In this document: piece after piece, positions 1 to 9,994 of the stretch
Numbering within the stretch: position 1 is the stretch's first letter
How the letters are laid out: each line of letters begins with the position of its first letter
IMG/VR virus record: IMGVR_UViG_3300016476_001169
Span: 32,001 to 96,000 of that record
Length of the DNA: 64,000 nucleotides
Reading direction: 5' to 3' (one strand)
Origin: a virus
Notes under the pieces: generated by a model
Seen by the model: the letters and a program-made list of their open reading frames with translations, nothing else
Databases searched by the model: none
Told to the model about the DNA's origin: nothing
Position numbers and translations under genes: made by a program

Positions 1-426
1 CTCATCTGCTGTCCAGTTAATGTCTCTTAAAGTCTTGTAAACTTGTCCACCCTCTTCTGCGATATTTAAGCCTGTGATAAGCATTACTCTTTCAACAGCC
101 TGCTTAAAGCTTAGGCCTTCCATCTTTCTTACAAAAGTCAGAAGATCTCCAGAGGCTCCGCAGCCAAAACAATGGAAGGCCCCTGTATCTCTATTCACGC
201 CAAAACTTGGGCTGCTATCTTCATGTCCTGGCAATGGGCAGTTAGTATTGTACCAACCATTGGAAGTCTCTTGGAAAAATAAATCATATTCACCTTCAAG
301 TATTTCAACAATGTCAATTTGCTCCAACATCTCTCTAATTAATTTGATGTTAGAATCAGAAGCAACAAAAGTTTTTGTTTCACCTAAAAGATTATCTTTC
401 TCTTCATGAAGATTAACTCTAGCCAT
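1..426 (-). CDS. dnaG: DNA primase N-terminal CHC2 zinc-finger region (partial, runs off window start)
   Basis: Manual translation from ATG at 426 (overlaps helicase TAA): MARVNLHEE...CPLPGHEDSSPSFGVNRDTGAFHCFGCGASGDLLTFVRKMEGLSFKQAV, a classic CHC2 primase Zn finger; absent from the ORF track because it is truncated. Confidence 0.9.
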   Translation of the reverse strand, partial: MARVNLHEEKDNLLGETKTFVASDSNIKLIREMLEQIDIVEILEGEYDLFFQETSNGWYNTNCPLPGHEDSSPSFGVNRDTGAFHCFGCGASGDLLTFVRKMEGLSFKQAVERVMLITGLNIAEEGGQVYKTLRDINWTADE

Positions 427-1976
427 TACCAATCACTTCCTAAATCAAGGTCGTTAATAGTCAGATCATCAACATTGAAACTAAAATCTTCATCATTGAT
501 AGAAACATTTACATTGCCACTGCTGTCTTCAACAGTTGATGTTCTATTTACACTATCAGAATCATTTGATTTTTGCTTCTCTGCTGGGCTCAGGCCTTTC
601 ATTCTTCTCATGTCATCTTGTTCTTCTGGACTCAATTCTTGAATAGCATTGAATTGAGGCTCTACCCGAACACAGTATGGTGGAACCCAAGCGTCACGAC
701 CTTTAGCCATGTGAACTACAGCAATGTTTGTTTCCTTATCAGGCTCCAGAACAAATACATAGTGTGCCTGGTGCATGATGTGCTGGCCACCTGATGCTGC
801 CGACTGGTCATAGGTATGAGACTTTCCAGAATCCTTTGACTTGCGAGAGTCTTTAATAGTATCTCTATTAAGCTGCTGAGCTGTCAACACGGGCAGATTA
901 TGCCTACGGGCAATCCTTACCAAGCCATCAAAGGCTAGTTCGTGTAATTCCCAAGATTTTGCAGTCTTAGGAGCATTCCTGGTTCTCATTTCACCAATAT
1001 AGTCAGCAATAACAATGTCGGGCTTGCCCTTGGTGAGAGTAAGCTCTCTAATTCTCATGTCAACGTATTCTGGTGTTGGATCAGAGTCGGTAAAGTCATA
1101 CTCAAAATAGGGGCCACCCTGCATTCCTAGAAGCTTTGATGCAAGGCTTTGAACTTCAGAATCAGCAAGCCCAGTCCTCTTTAATTCTTGAAAAGGAACA
1201 GAGAAAGCCAAGCTCATGTGTCGCAGAAGACAATCCCAAAGTGAAAGTTCGAATGAAAAGTAAAGTACATTCTTACCCTGCTTATGAGCATTGTATGCCC
1301 AGTTTAATAACTGTAGAGACTTACCACCGCCCGATGGTCCAAGAACAACTGTTACTTGTGATCCACGAAATCCAGAAGTTCGTCTGTCCATTTCATCATA
1401 GCCAGAAAGAATTCCCGGCGGCTTATGTCTTTGCTTCTCATATTCTCGCATGAAGAAATCGTGAGATTCAGTAACATCAAGTGTTTTCTTTTCTCCCGGT
1501 TCAACAGAAAGTTCCATTTCAATGTCTTTGACACAATCGAGAACATGATTTACACCTTCTTGCAAGCCCTTCTCCACCATTAAAGCATGACCTGTGGTGT
1601 GCATGTCTTGCCAGATTGAAACTGCTCTGCGCTGCTTTAATTGCATCAATAAATCATGCAATTCATTTGGATTGTAATCTAAGTCTTGAATCTCAGCCCA
1701 CAGAGTCAGAAACTTTCCTTTATGGGCATCAGAAATACCCTTGGAAATCATTCTGTTCTCGAGAACAAGCTCAGTCAATAAAGAACCGTCAGATTCATCA
1801 AAATAATTGAAAACAGTCTTTGCGAGATTGAATGTATAGCTTACTTTAGAACCCTCTTCACTGTGTGAAAAGTGCTCTGGAACAATGTTCAAAGCCTTGG
1901 CTCGAATCAAAGCTTGTTGATCCGTTGTTAGGTGCTTCAGTACCTGTAATTCTAGTTCTTCTCTACTTAGTTTCAT
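426..1976 (-). CDS. dnaB: DnaB-like replicative helicase
   Basis: Walker A GPSGGGKS, YFSFEL, IVIADYI, LTAQQLNR motifs; adjacent to primase. Confidence 0.9.
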   Translation of the reverse strand: MKLSREELELQVLKHLTTDQQALIRAKALNIVPEHFSHSEEGSKVSYTFNLAKTVFNYFDESDGSLLTELVLENRMISKGISDAHKGKFLTLWAEIQDLDYNPNELHDLLMQLKQRRAVSIWQDMHTTGHALMVEKGLQEGVNHVLDCVKDIEMELSVEPGEKKTLDVTESHDFFMREYEKQRHKPPGILSGYDEMDRRTSGFRGSQVTVVLGPSGGGKSLQLLNWAYNAHKQGKNVLYFSFELSLWDCLLRHMSLAFSVPFQELKRTGLADSEVQSLASKLLGMQGGPYFEYDFTDSDPTPEYVDMRIRELTLTKGKPDIVIADYIGEMRTRNAPKTAKSWELHELAFDGLVRIARRHNLPVLTAQQLNRDTIKDSRKSKDSGKSHTYDQSAASGGQHIMHQAHYVFVLEPDKETNIAVVHMAKGRDAWVPPYCVRVEPQFNAIQELSPEEQDDMRRMKGLSPAEKQKSNDSDSVNRTSTVEDSSGNVNVSINDEDFSFNVDDLTINDLDLGSDW

Positions 1977-1988
1977 TCTCTATTTCTC

Positions 1989-2801
1989 TCATGACGCGTA
2001 AGGTTGTGGTGGCAAAGGAGTTGGCAAGCTAATTCTAAAACAGGAGGCTACAAGACTTGACCAGCCTGGGCCAGCATCTATTCTATCATAGCCATCATAA
2101 GCACTAATAATGATAGGCTTACCTGATTTTGTCCTTGCTCTCGCAATGCGATCCAATTGAATTGCTAAATTGGGATTTCTCATTTCATAATGAGTAACTC
2201 CATCAATTATTATGATGTCTTTTTGAGCAAAATCGTCTGCTAAATCTGACTGCTTTTCTCTATTTTCAAAACCAGATAAGTCTGCATAGAGATCAGCATA
2301 ATCATAATAAGAAACTGATAACTTCTTTTTGATCGCTTCTTGAGCCAAAACCGAACAAATTAAACTCTTGCCACTCCACTGACCACCAACCAACAATAAG
2401 CTTGTGAGATTAATAGTGGTTCCTTTGGTAGGTACAATTTTAATGGGGCGGCCAGCACAAACTGCTGGAAGCGCATTGATGTATTTGTCTAATACCGCCT
2501 TGATTTTAACCTTTTTAGCTAAGGCGTTTTGAGTTAGATTGTGGCCCCAAGGATCCTGTCTGAGATTCCAATTCTCAGACAGAGTTCGACCAAAATGCTT
2601 TTGGGGAATACCAGCTGCCATGAATTTTTCACGCCACATCTGATCCTTAAGACAATGACATAAGACAGCTTTATTGTCATCATTCAACCAAGATCCATGC
2701 CCGTTACAAGAAGGACATGCACCATTTGTGGAGATTTTGCTCTCCGATTGTAGAGATTTTATAAAATCAATTTCATTTTCAGTTAAATCAAAACTACTCA
2801 C
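1989..2801 (-). CDS. DnaC/IstB-like helicase loader ATPase
   Basis: N-terminal CPSCNGHG..CHC Zn module, AGIP motif, Walker A-like GGQWSGKS, Walker B-like IIIIDGV; directly upstream of the helicase. Confidence 0.7.
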   Translation of the reverse strand: MSSFDLTENEIDFIKSLQSESKISTNGACPSCNGHGSWLNDDNKAVLCHCLKDQMWREKFMAAGIPQKHFGRTLSENWNLRQDPWGHNLTQNALAKKVKIKAVLDKYINALPAVCAGRPIKIVPTKGTTINLTSLLLVGGQWSGKSLICSVLAQEAIKKKLSVSYYDYADLYADLSGFENREKQSDLADDFAQKDIIIIDGVTHYEMRNPNLAIQLDRIARARTKSGKPIIISAYDGYDRIDAGPGWSSLVASCFRISLPTPLPPQPYAS

Positions 2802-4468
2802 AAATCTTCATCCTCTTCAATCTCCATAGGCTCCATTAGAGATTTTTTCATCTCTATGATTTCTTGGTCGATTACTTTCTTTTTCTTGGTTTTGGAGGCG
2901 TTTCTAGCGCGCTTATAAGCCCAAGCCCTAAGAGCATCAATCTGCTCCTTCATAGTGACAGCCAAAGGTACTGTGTCTTCGATCGAGCTTAATATATCTT
3001 CGGTCGTAAATTCCCTTTTGTTGTCATCGAAAGCTTCATACATTGCAGAAATTATTGCGGCCTCAATTTCGGCCCCTGTAAATGTTGCTGTATTATCAAC
3101 CAACTTATCTATGTTAAAATTGTTAGGATCTCGTTTTCGTTTAGTTAAATGAATTTTAAAAATTTCAAATCTTTCTTCATCTGATGGCAGATCAACAAAA
3201 AAGATTTCATCAAATCTACCCTTTCTTAAAATCTCAGGTGGCAATTGTGAAACATCGTTTGCTGTAGCAATTACCAAAACCGGAGATTCTTTTTCTTGCA
3301 TCCAAGTTAAAAATGACCCCAAAACTCTGGCTGCAGTACCACCATCAGTCTGGTTAGAAGAAGCTGAGCCAGACATGCCTTTATCCAATTCATCCATCCA
3401 AAGCAATGATGGAGAAACAGATTCTGCAATTTTAATTGCAGTTCTAATGTTTTCTTCAGAAGAACCAACTACACCACTAAAAATTTTGCCCATGTCTAAT
3501 CTAATCAAGGGTAATTGCCAGAAAGATGCAACACAGCGGGCCATTAAAGATTTACCAGCTCCCTGAACACCAACAAATAAAATACCTTTAGGGTTACCAG
3601 GCAGACCATAGTCTTTTGCCTCAGTTGTAAAAGCATCTTTGCGTTGTTGCAACCAAGATTTAACACCTTTCAAGCCTCCAACTTGGCTAAAATCTTGTTC
3701 GACATCAATCCAATCTAAGAGGCCAGTTTTTCTAATAATGTCTCTTTTTACACTTGCAATTTTAATTGGATCAAGCTTATTGCTATCACTTATCATCATG
3801 TAAGTGCAGAGCAATTCAATCTCTTGAAGAGTTAGTCCCTGAAATGCTCTTACAATTTCTTGAACTTCAGTGTCAGAATAGATAGTTTTAAAACCTTTAT
3901 TCTTGAGCTCTTGATTTTTATCAGCATATTCCAAAACCTTTTTGACCTTTTCTTCAATGTGTTCATATTCTGGAAGGGGCCAGTCAATAACAGCACAAGA
4001 TTTAGAAAGATCCTCTGGTAATGTAAGTGCAGTATTTAAAAGAATGACAGCCTTTCGTTGGGATGTGAACTCTTGAGTCATGTTCCTGAACATTCTCACA
4101 GCTCGTTTATCATCGAGTGTAGTTTCATCTTGTATGATTTTGAGAAAGTCTTTTAATACTAACAAATAATAGCCATTAGTATTGTCTTTTAATTCTTTAA
4201 ACCAATCTAAGACCTGAATGTGATTAACAAATTTAGCCTTAGGAATTAAATGTTCAAAATCAGGTGTAGTTTGTAAACCTGTGGCAAGATCCCATTGAAA
4301 TACACCCCACTTTTCTTCTCCTCTATTGGCAATAAACTTGATAGCCTCTAAGACTCTCTTTTCTTCGTGGGTGCAAATTGCTATTAGAGGTCTATTGGAA
4401 CGGATTTGCCAATCTAATTCCCTCATTGATTTTTTGTGCTGGCTAATTTCAGGTGTATTCATTGTCAC
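2798..4468 (-). CDS. Ycf46-like AAA+ ATPase
   Basis: GILFVGVQGAGKSL, LLWMDELDK, ATANDVSQLPPEILRKGRFDEIFFVDLP; degenerate N-terminal AAA domain as in the Ycf46 family. Confidence 0.9.
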   Translation of the reverse strand: MTMNTPEISQHKKSMRELDWQIRSNRPLIAICTHEEKRVLEAIKFIANRGEEKWGVFQWDLATGLQTTPDFEHLIPKAKFVNHIQVLDWFKELKDNTNGYYLLVLKDFLKIIQDETTLDDKRAVRMFRNMTQEFTSQRKAVILLNTALTLPEDLSKSCAVIDWPLPEYEHIEEKVKKVLEYADKNQELKNKGFKTIYSDTEVQEIVRAFQGLTLQEIELLCTYMMISDSNKLDPIKIASVKRDIIRKTGLLDWIDVEQDFSQVGGLKGVKSWLQQRKDAFTTEAKDYGLPGNPKGILFVGVQGAGKSLMARCVASFWQLPLIRLDMGKIFSGVVGSSEENIRTAIKIAESVSPSLLWMDELDKGMSGSASSNQTDGGTAARVLGSFLTWMQEKESPVLVIATANDVSQLPPEILRKGRFDEIFFVDLPSDEERFEIFKIHLTKRKRDPNNFNIDKLVDNTATFTGAEIEAAIISAMYEAFDDNKREFTTEDILSSIEDTVPLAVTMKEQIDALRAWAYKRARNASKTKKKKVIDQEIIEMKKSLMEPMEIEEDEDL

Positions 4469-4491
4469 TCCATAAATAGTTTTGGGTGGAA

Positions 4492-5379
4492 TTAATTTCC
4501 ACCCAAAAGAGTATAGTACTTTTCTAGAGGTTGACCCTTATAGTCCTCATTTCTCCACCATGTTTCAGTATGGAAAAACTTAGCATACTTATCAAATTTC
4601 TTGCGCCAATTCAAACAAGAAAATTCTGCTGGATAAGGCGAATTGATAATTGAAGAATTAAAGATTCTTTCCATGGTAGTTGGGTCTGATGTTGGTCCAA
4701 CAGATAATGATTCAAGTCTATTTTCTAGAATAGACAAAATCTTGTCTTCTTCAATGTTTTGTATTTTGCAAAGATAAGTGATAGTAATAGGAATCCCAAA
4801 TCTAGCAAATACCTCTGTTGCTTTACCAGCGGCCTGAGCTTCTTTGATTTCTTGAAGTAAGCTTGTGTCATTAGATGTGCGAATTACTTCACCTTGCTCA
4901 ACACCAGGCAAAACTTCATCTTGATAGAAATAATTCACGGAATTAAACACGCTATTCAAAGTAAGATAACCAAATTTACGAACTATTTGTTCTTGGTTAG
5001 CAATAGCCCAATCAAAAAACTTCTTAGTCCATAAGTTTCTTGGCAAACCGTTTCTCTCAAAGAAATCACCAATCTGTTTAATCACAGGTAAATCTGAAGT
5101 AAATGTAATCTTATAATTGCCACCTGTTGCAGACTGGTATGATCTTGCGAAGTAGGTAGCAAAGTGCTTACTAGTCCATTCTTCAATGTCCTTTGGTAGT
5201 TCTATAGGTGCTTTGCGAGTAAGCATATCATCTAATGAAATTTGCTTACTAGATTTGCGCTTTGCCTTGAAAGGATTTACAAGCTGACCCTCTTGAGGTA
5301 TAGCTTCATTCATCACTGATACAACTATTTTGTGTACGGCATCATTTCTCGATTTCATGATTTTTAAGCTCTCTACCAT
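4492..5379 (-). CDS. hypothetical protein in replication operon
   Basis: 295-aa ORF coupled to neighbours; no family recognised. Confidence 0.6.
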   Translation of the reverse strand: MVESLKIMKSRNDAVHKIVVSVMNEAIPQEGQLVNPFKAKRKSSKQISLDDMLTRKAPIELPKDIEEWTSKHFATYFARSYQSATGGNYKITFTSDLPVIKQIGDFFERNGLPRNLWTKKFFDWAIANQEQIVRKFGYLTLNSVFNSVNYFYQDEVLPGVEQGEVIRTSNDTSLLQEIKEAQAAGKATEVFARFGIPITITYLCKIQNIEEDKILSILENRLESLSVGPTSDPTTMERIFNSSIINSPYPAEFSCLNWRKKFDKYAKFFHTETWWRNEDYKGQPLEKYYTLLGGN

Positions 5380-6080
5380 TCTTCCTCTGTGCTTTCTTTA
5401 TAAACAAATTTCTCAGCTTGGGCTATCCCGTTTTCTTTGGTAACCCTAATTATATTATCGGCTTCAGGACCAAACTTATCTAACATGTGAGTGACAAGAA
5501 TTACCTGTCTTTGTGTGGAATCTGTTACTTCTCTTAAGAAGTTTACGACTTCGGTAATCTTATGGTCTGTAGACATTGATTTCCAAGCCTCGTCCAGCAG
5601 GATTGGGCCATTGTAATTCATCCACTTTAAGGCAGCAATTCTCAATGAGAATGAAACTACTTCAATAAGACCACCACCACGCTCGCCAAGCAAGCCTGTT
5701 TCCATGTCTTGTCCATTGTGTGGGCTGACTATTTTAATCTCTATTTTAAAATAGTTGTCGCCATTGGCTCTTCGTTCTTCAAAGGTCTCAAACTTTAATG
5801 AATAATCTTCACCATAGATTTGGGACAGAGCTGTAGTTGCAATGTCTTGGATTGCTTGTAATTGTGACTGACGTCTTTCAACAATTTCACTCAACATAAA
5901 TAAAGAGGCCTGACTGTTTAGCCTTTGCTCTTCTTGTGCAGTAGCTAAATCATCAGACTCTTCTTTAATTTGCTTTTCCAGCTGTTCTTTAACGCCCTTA
6001 AGTTTAATAAGTTTGTTTTTATGTTCTGTGATTTCTTTAGTGAAAGAGCTCAGCTTATCAACTAGGCTGACTTTTTCCAT
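5373..6080 (-). CDS. Rad50/SbcC C-terminal ATPase half (split gene)
   Basis: N-terminal coiled coil, signature-like RGGG, Walker B ILLDE, H-loop ILVTH; no Walker A. Confidence 0.85.
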   Translation of the reverse strand: MEKVSLVDKLSSFTKEITEHKNKLIKLKGVKEQLEKQIKEESDDLATAQEEQRLNSQASLFMLSEIVERRQSQLQAIQDIATTALSQIYGEDYSLKFETFEERRANGDNYFKIEIKIVSPHNGQDMETGLLGERGGGLIEVVSFSLRIAALKWMNYNGPILLDEAWKSMSTDHKITEVVNFLREVTDSTQRQVILVTHMLDKFGPEADNIIRVTKENGIAQAEKFVYKESTEEEW

Positions 6081-6356
6081 TTATTCTTCTTGCCCCTCGT
6101 TGATCTTATCTCGCTCTGCTTCTAGCTTTCGAAGAGCTTGTAAAACCTTAGTCTCATTGTCTTTGATGAAGTTTGGCAATTCTTTAATTGTCATTTCCAA
6201 CTCTGTTTTACAATCAGCCTCGTTTTCTTGGACAGACCTTTTCAAATCCTCTAAGCGATTCTCATACATTTGAACACGAGTTTCGGCGCTCGAGATGTCT
6301 TTCTCGAGTTGCTTAATGCGTTCAGCTACGGTTTTTTCTTTATTCTCTTCACTCAT
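6081..6356 (-). CDS. small coiled-coil protein within the split SbcCD locus
   Basis: E/K/L heptad-rich 91 aa, between the nuclease and the SbcC C-half. Confidence 0.65.
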   Translation of the reverse strand: MSEENKEKTVAERIKQLEKDISSAETRVQMYENRLEDLKRSVQENEADCKTELEMTIKELPNFIKDNETKVLQALRKLEAERDKINEGQEE

Positions 6357-6358
6357 AA

Positions 6359-7318
6359 TTAATTATCGCTCACAGTTTTTAAAGTTTGTATAGCCAAGTC
6401 AATAACTTTTTCATCAATGTTCTTCAGTTTGCCAGATTGCTTTAAAGATTCATAAATGTCTTCATCATCACCAATAATGTTCATCATGGAAATTTGCTTG
6501 ATGTATTTTTCAGCATCTTGCTTGTTATCTTTTTTGATTTGGGCCTCTTCAATTTTAAAAATCTCATCTGCTGGCTTGCTGGCTTTAAGCTTGATGTATT
6601 CTTCCTGATAAATGTTACCTTCCAAATCATATTCCATAAATAAAACTTGGGGCTCTTTTAATTTATTTGCATCATTTAGTCTTTCGCGAGAAATCGAACC
6701 AGGATTAATAAATCTAACACCATCAGCCCTTTTCTTTTGCATAGCATCATGGATGTGGCCAGCCACTATTAATTTTGTAGCCTTATTGGTTGGTATCTCA
6801 TCAAATAATACGAATGAACCAAAATAGGGCCCCAAAGTTATTGAAATGTGAGCTGCCACTATTGGGTAAGCTTTATCTAATAGATAGCCTTCTTTAAATT
6901 CATCTGCCTTTGTTGCAGTGTGATGTACTAGATGAATGCCATACTTTTCAATGCTATCATCTGTCTTTAAAACTCCAGCTTCAACCAAAGTTCTAATAGA
7001 AGACTGTGGATAATATTGATCAAGATTGTGCTTCACATCATGGTTGCCAATTAATGTATACCAAGGAATTTTGGATTGAAGCAAAATTCTTAAGTAACCA
7101 TTTCTAATTAGGGGCCCTGGTTCAATTCTGTGAAATACATCACCAAGGTGCAAAACCAAATCGCATTCTTTCTGGTGTGCGATTTCTACAATCTCTTTCA
7201 TTTCAGCCAAGCAAGCATCTACATAACTGTCTTTGCGCTTTTCTGGAGTATTATCATCTCCGTGGGTATCGCCCACAAAAAGAATCTTTATTTTATTTAA
7301 ATTAGAGGCCGATTGCAT
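6359..7318 (-). CDS. Mre11/SbcD-like metallophosphoesterase nuclease
   Basis: GDTH, GDVFH, GNHD, AH, GHIH and NPGS motifs. Confidence 0.9.
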   Translation of the reverse strand: MQSASNLNKIKILFVGDTHGDDNTPEKRKDSYVDACLAEMKEIVEIAHQKECDLVLHLGDVFHRIEPGPLIRNGYLRILLQSKIPWYTLIGNHDVKHNLDQYYPQSSIRTLVEAGVLKTDDSIEKYGIHLVHHTATKADEFKEGYLLDKAYPIVAAHISITLGPYFGSFVLFDEIPTNKATKLIVAGHIHDAMQKKRADGVRFINPGSISRERLNDANKLKEPQVLFMEYDLEGNIYQEEYIKLKASKPADEIFKIEEAQIKKDNKQDAEKYIKQISMMNIIGDDEDIYESLKQSGKLKNIDEKVIDLAIQTLKTVSDN

Positions 7319-8433
7319 GATTCACACCAATTTCCATTCAATTTCAGTTCATCAATCAAGATGTTTAGCTCTTCTTTCAAAGCCTTGACATTTTGCTCTT
7401 CAAGTTCTTTAGCTGCTGCTTCATCATTAATTGAAGTATTTAAATCTTTATCGTTTTTAATAAAAGACTTGGCTCTTGTATTCACATCAATAAACGATCT
7501 AACAGATTCCATTAAATTTTTATTTTCTTCTGTCAAGAATTGTTCACAAGATAATAAATCTGCTTTTGTCTTTTTATATTCTTTTGCAATCTTTTGATAT
7601 TCTGACAAATAAAAATTAGATCTAGATACTTGGTTACTTAATTTTGATAAATTATCAAATTGGTCTTTTAATTCTGCGAAAGCTTTTTCTTTAGCTAATT
7701 TAGTTTTGATTTGTTTTGCTTCTAAAAAGATTTTATTATTTTGTTCAATAAAAAAGCGGGCCCTATTTGATTTTTCAATTTGCTTATTAACATCTTTTAA
7801 TTTTTCTTCAATGTCTTCAATTCTTTCCAAATCTTTATCGACATAAGAATAATTATCAAGTTCTGTTTCTAGCTTTTCAATCTTTTCTTTTTTGTCTTTA
7901 ATAGAGCGATCGTAAGATCTGGCTGTTTTAGATAGCAGTTCGGCAGAAGTTTGTAAATGTTGAATGCCTGTCAACTCAGATAAGGTCCTTGGCAAATCAC
8001 TAGAGCTGAGGTCTACTAAGAACAAGCTTGACATTTGGTCAGCGTAAGAGATTGGCCTCTTTTTATCATCTAGAGGAGGATTGCCAAGATTCTTTTTAAC
8101 TTCATCTGGTATACCTGTGCCAACCTTTGGGAAGGAGTGAATGTTGCCTTCTGCGTCAGTTATTAAGTATGAGTTAACATCTTCGCCTTTGATTCTAGTA
8201 ACTTCTACACCATCTGAGAATTTAACAGATACAGAGCATTCTTTTTCACCGTGACGAATGTAAGTATCTCTCTTGTAGTTATTGTGAAATACAAGATTAA
8301 TCGCTCGCAAGATAGCTGATTTTCCAGCATCAGAAGATCCTACTATAAGATTGATCCCATTGGTGAAATCTATCGTTGTATCTGCATGATCTTGAAAGTT
8401 TTTAAGCTTTACTTGTGTAATGTATCTGTTCAT
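7297..8433 (-). CDS. Rad50/SbcC N-terminal ATPase half with coiled coil and terminal zinc hook
   Basis: LKNFQDH, Walker A GSSDAGKS, Q-loop-like YADQ, long coiled coil ending CESCNRP. Confidence 0.88.
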   Translation of the reverse strand: MNRYITQVKLKNFQDHADTTIDFTNGINLIVGSSDAGKSAILRAINLVFHNNYKRDTYIRHGEKECSVSVKFSDGVEVTRIKGEDVNSYLITDAEGNIHSFPKVGTGIPDEVKKNLGNPPLDDKKRPISYADQMSSLFLVDLSSSDLPRTLSELTGIQHLQTSAELLSKTARSYDRSIKDKKEKIEKLETELDNYSYVDKDLERIEDIEEKLKDVNKQIEKSNRARFFIEQNNKIFLEAKQIKTKLAKEKAFAELKDQFDNLSKLSNQVSRSNFYLSEYQKIAKEYKKTKADLLSCEQFLTEENKNLMESVRSFIDVNTRAKSFIKNDKDLNTSINDEAAAKELEEQNVKALKEELNILIDELKLNGNWCESCNRPLI

Positions 8434-8945
8434 TAAATTGGTTCCAAAATTTTAAGATTGTGCAAAGACCCACCAAAGAATTTAGAATAAATCTTTTCTC
8501 TACAATCATAGCTATCTATATAGTCTGTTCTTAAGTTAAATAAATGAACAGACTCTAAGGTAAATTTTGGAACAATGTAAAATGGGGCCCCTTTAATACA
8601 CTTGCAAGGCTGATCATTCTGGGAAAAATAAGTTTTACAAGAAGGGCACTGTATTTGAGAGCAATCTAACTCCATGCCAGTCCAATAATTCTCAAACTTT
8701 ACAGTTGGACTAAGATTCTTGAAGTATAAGAAAATACTTTTTTGATCGGCATGGTATAGATCAATCATTGATTCACCAACTTTAGCACCCTTGAAATAAA
8801 GATTCACTCTGGGTCGGCGATCAAAGCTTTCTTTTAGCTTGATAGGTAAAAAGTAGCCTGGATGAATAATAGATTCTTGAAAGCCATGAACTATAATTTG
8901 ATTTTTAGTATAAACTATCTTAGATAATTCGGGCCTCTTAAACAT
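8433..8945 (-). CDS. hypothetical protein with Cys cluster
   Basis: 170-aa ORF with CPSC..C.C, coupled to the SbcC N-half. Confidence 0.55.
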   Translation of the reverse strand: MFKRPELSKIVYTKNQIIVHGFQESIIHPGYFLPIKLKESFDRRPRVNLYFKGAKVGESMIDLYHADQKSIFLYFKNLSPTVKFENYWTGMELDCSQIQCPSCKTYFSQNDQPCKCIKGAPFYIVPKFTLESVHLFNLRTDYIDSYDCREKIYSKFFGGSLHNLKILEPI

Positions 8946-8994
8946 AATTATATTATAGGCATTTTTATTCTATTTGGAGAAAAGTATATTTGAA

Positions 8995-9177
8995 ATGGTA
9001 ATAGTTAGAATTGACAGAGACATGCTAATTGAGGACATCCTAGCCATTAGAGCCCTTGTGCCTGTTGAAAATGATGCAGCCAGAGACAGAATAGACAAGC
9101 TTATAGCTTTAGTTAGCAGTTTGCCAAGTGATGAAAACAAGGCGCAATTTCCAAGAGCGAGTGTAAGAAGGTTATGA
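8995..9177 (+). CDS. hypothetical protein
   Basis: ATG at 8995 within the track ORF 8974..9177; stop overlaps next start (ATGA). Confidence 0.5.
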   Translation: MVIVRIDRDMLIEDILAIRALVPVENDAARDRIDKLIALVSSLPSDENKAQFPRASVRRL

Positions 9178-9668
9178 ACATTTATTCCAAATTAAAAGAT
9201 GCATTAATAGAATCTGAAAATGTAAATAATTTCAAAGCTGCAGACCAGATTGCTGCTGCTACTATAAGATTAGCTGCTGCCGCGAGCGATAATGAAGTGG
9301 GCGTAGATGCTCAAATAAGAGAATACATTGCACAATTGGAAAATCAAGTTGCAAATTTAAGTTTGCAAAATAGATACCAAGCTTTGCAAAATCAAAATCT
9401 TACATCACAATTAATGGGGGCCATGGGGAATCAAGTGCCAGACGGAGTGACTGTACAACAAAGCGCAAGATTGCCAGGCGCCATAGAAGCCATTTTGGAT
9501 AATCCTGTCATTCCACTCACCGTTAAGAATCTTAACAACCAAGATGTCAATGGTGTTGCAATCAATAGTGAAACTAACAGAGCAACATGGAACATGCCTG
9601 GTAATATGCCAAAGGGTAATATTAGCGAAGGTGGAATTCACGGCCATGAATTGGCTGTTAAACAATAG
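9174..9668 (+). CDS. hypothetical protein with shared helical leader (putative virion-internal)
   Basis: N-terminus MNIYSKL...AADQIAAATIRLAA resembles 32239, 45869, 46486 and 51698. Confidence 0.6.
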   Translation: MNIYSKLKDALIESENVNNFKAADQIAAATIRLAAAASDNEVGVDAQIREYIAQLENQVANLSLQNRYQALQNQNLTSQLMGAMGNQVPDGVTVQQSARLPGAIEAILDNPVIPLTVKNLNNQDVNGVAINSETNRATWNMPGNMPKGNISEGGIHGHELAVKQ

Positions 9669-9682
9669 AAGGAATTCAAATC

Positions 9683-9961
9683 TTGAAAAAACAAAGACTG
9701 ATTGAATTACAGAGCAAAGCTGAAGAAGGAAACTCAGAACTCAAAGATAGCATTGAAATCTTAGCAGAATTTTTTGTTTCACAAAGTCAGCATAATAAAG
9801 AATTGAAGAATGAAATTTTAGAATTAAATTCTAAGATAACAAGCTTAAACAGAAAGATTGATCAAATTTTAAAATTTACAACAACTGAACCCTTGGCTCA
9901 GATCTTGATTGAAAATTTAGAAGAGTTTGAAAAAAATCAAATTGAAGAAGATGATGAATAA
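9683..9961 (+). CDS. hypothetical coiled-coil protein
   Basis: 92-aa ORF with TTG start after AAGGA, followed by a terminator. Confidence 0.55.
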   Translation: MKKQRLIELQSKAEEGNSELKDSIEILAEFFVSQSQHNKELKNEILELNSKITSLNRKIDQILKFTTTEPLAQILIENLEEFEKNQIEEDDE

Positions 9962-9962
9962 T

Positions 9963-9994
9963 AATAAAAAGCTCCCTTTCGGGAGCTTTTTATT
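9963..9994. terminator. bidirectional intrinsic terminator
   Basis: AATAAAAAGCTCCC-TTTC-GGGAGCTTTTTATT between convergent genes. Confidence 0.9.

Noticed and set aside
74-409. Track ORF 74..409 (+)
   Set aside because: Antisense to the primase Zn-finger frame
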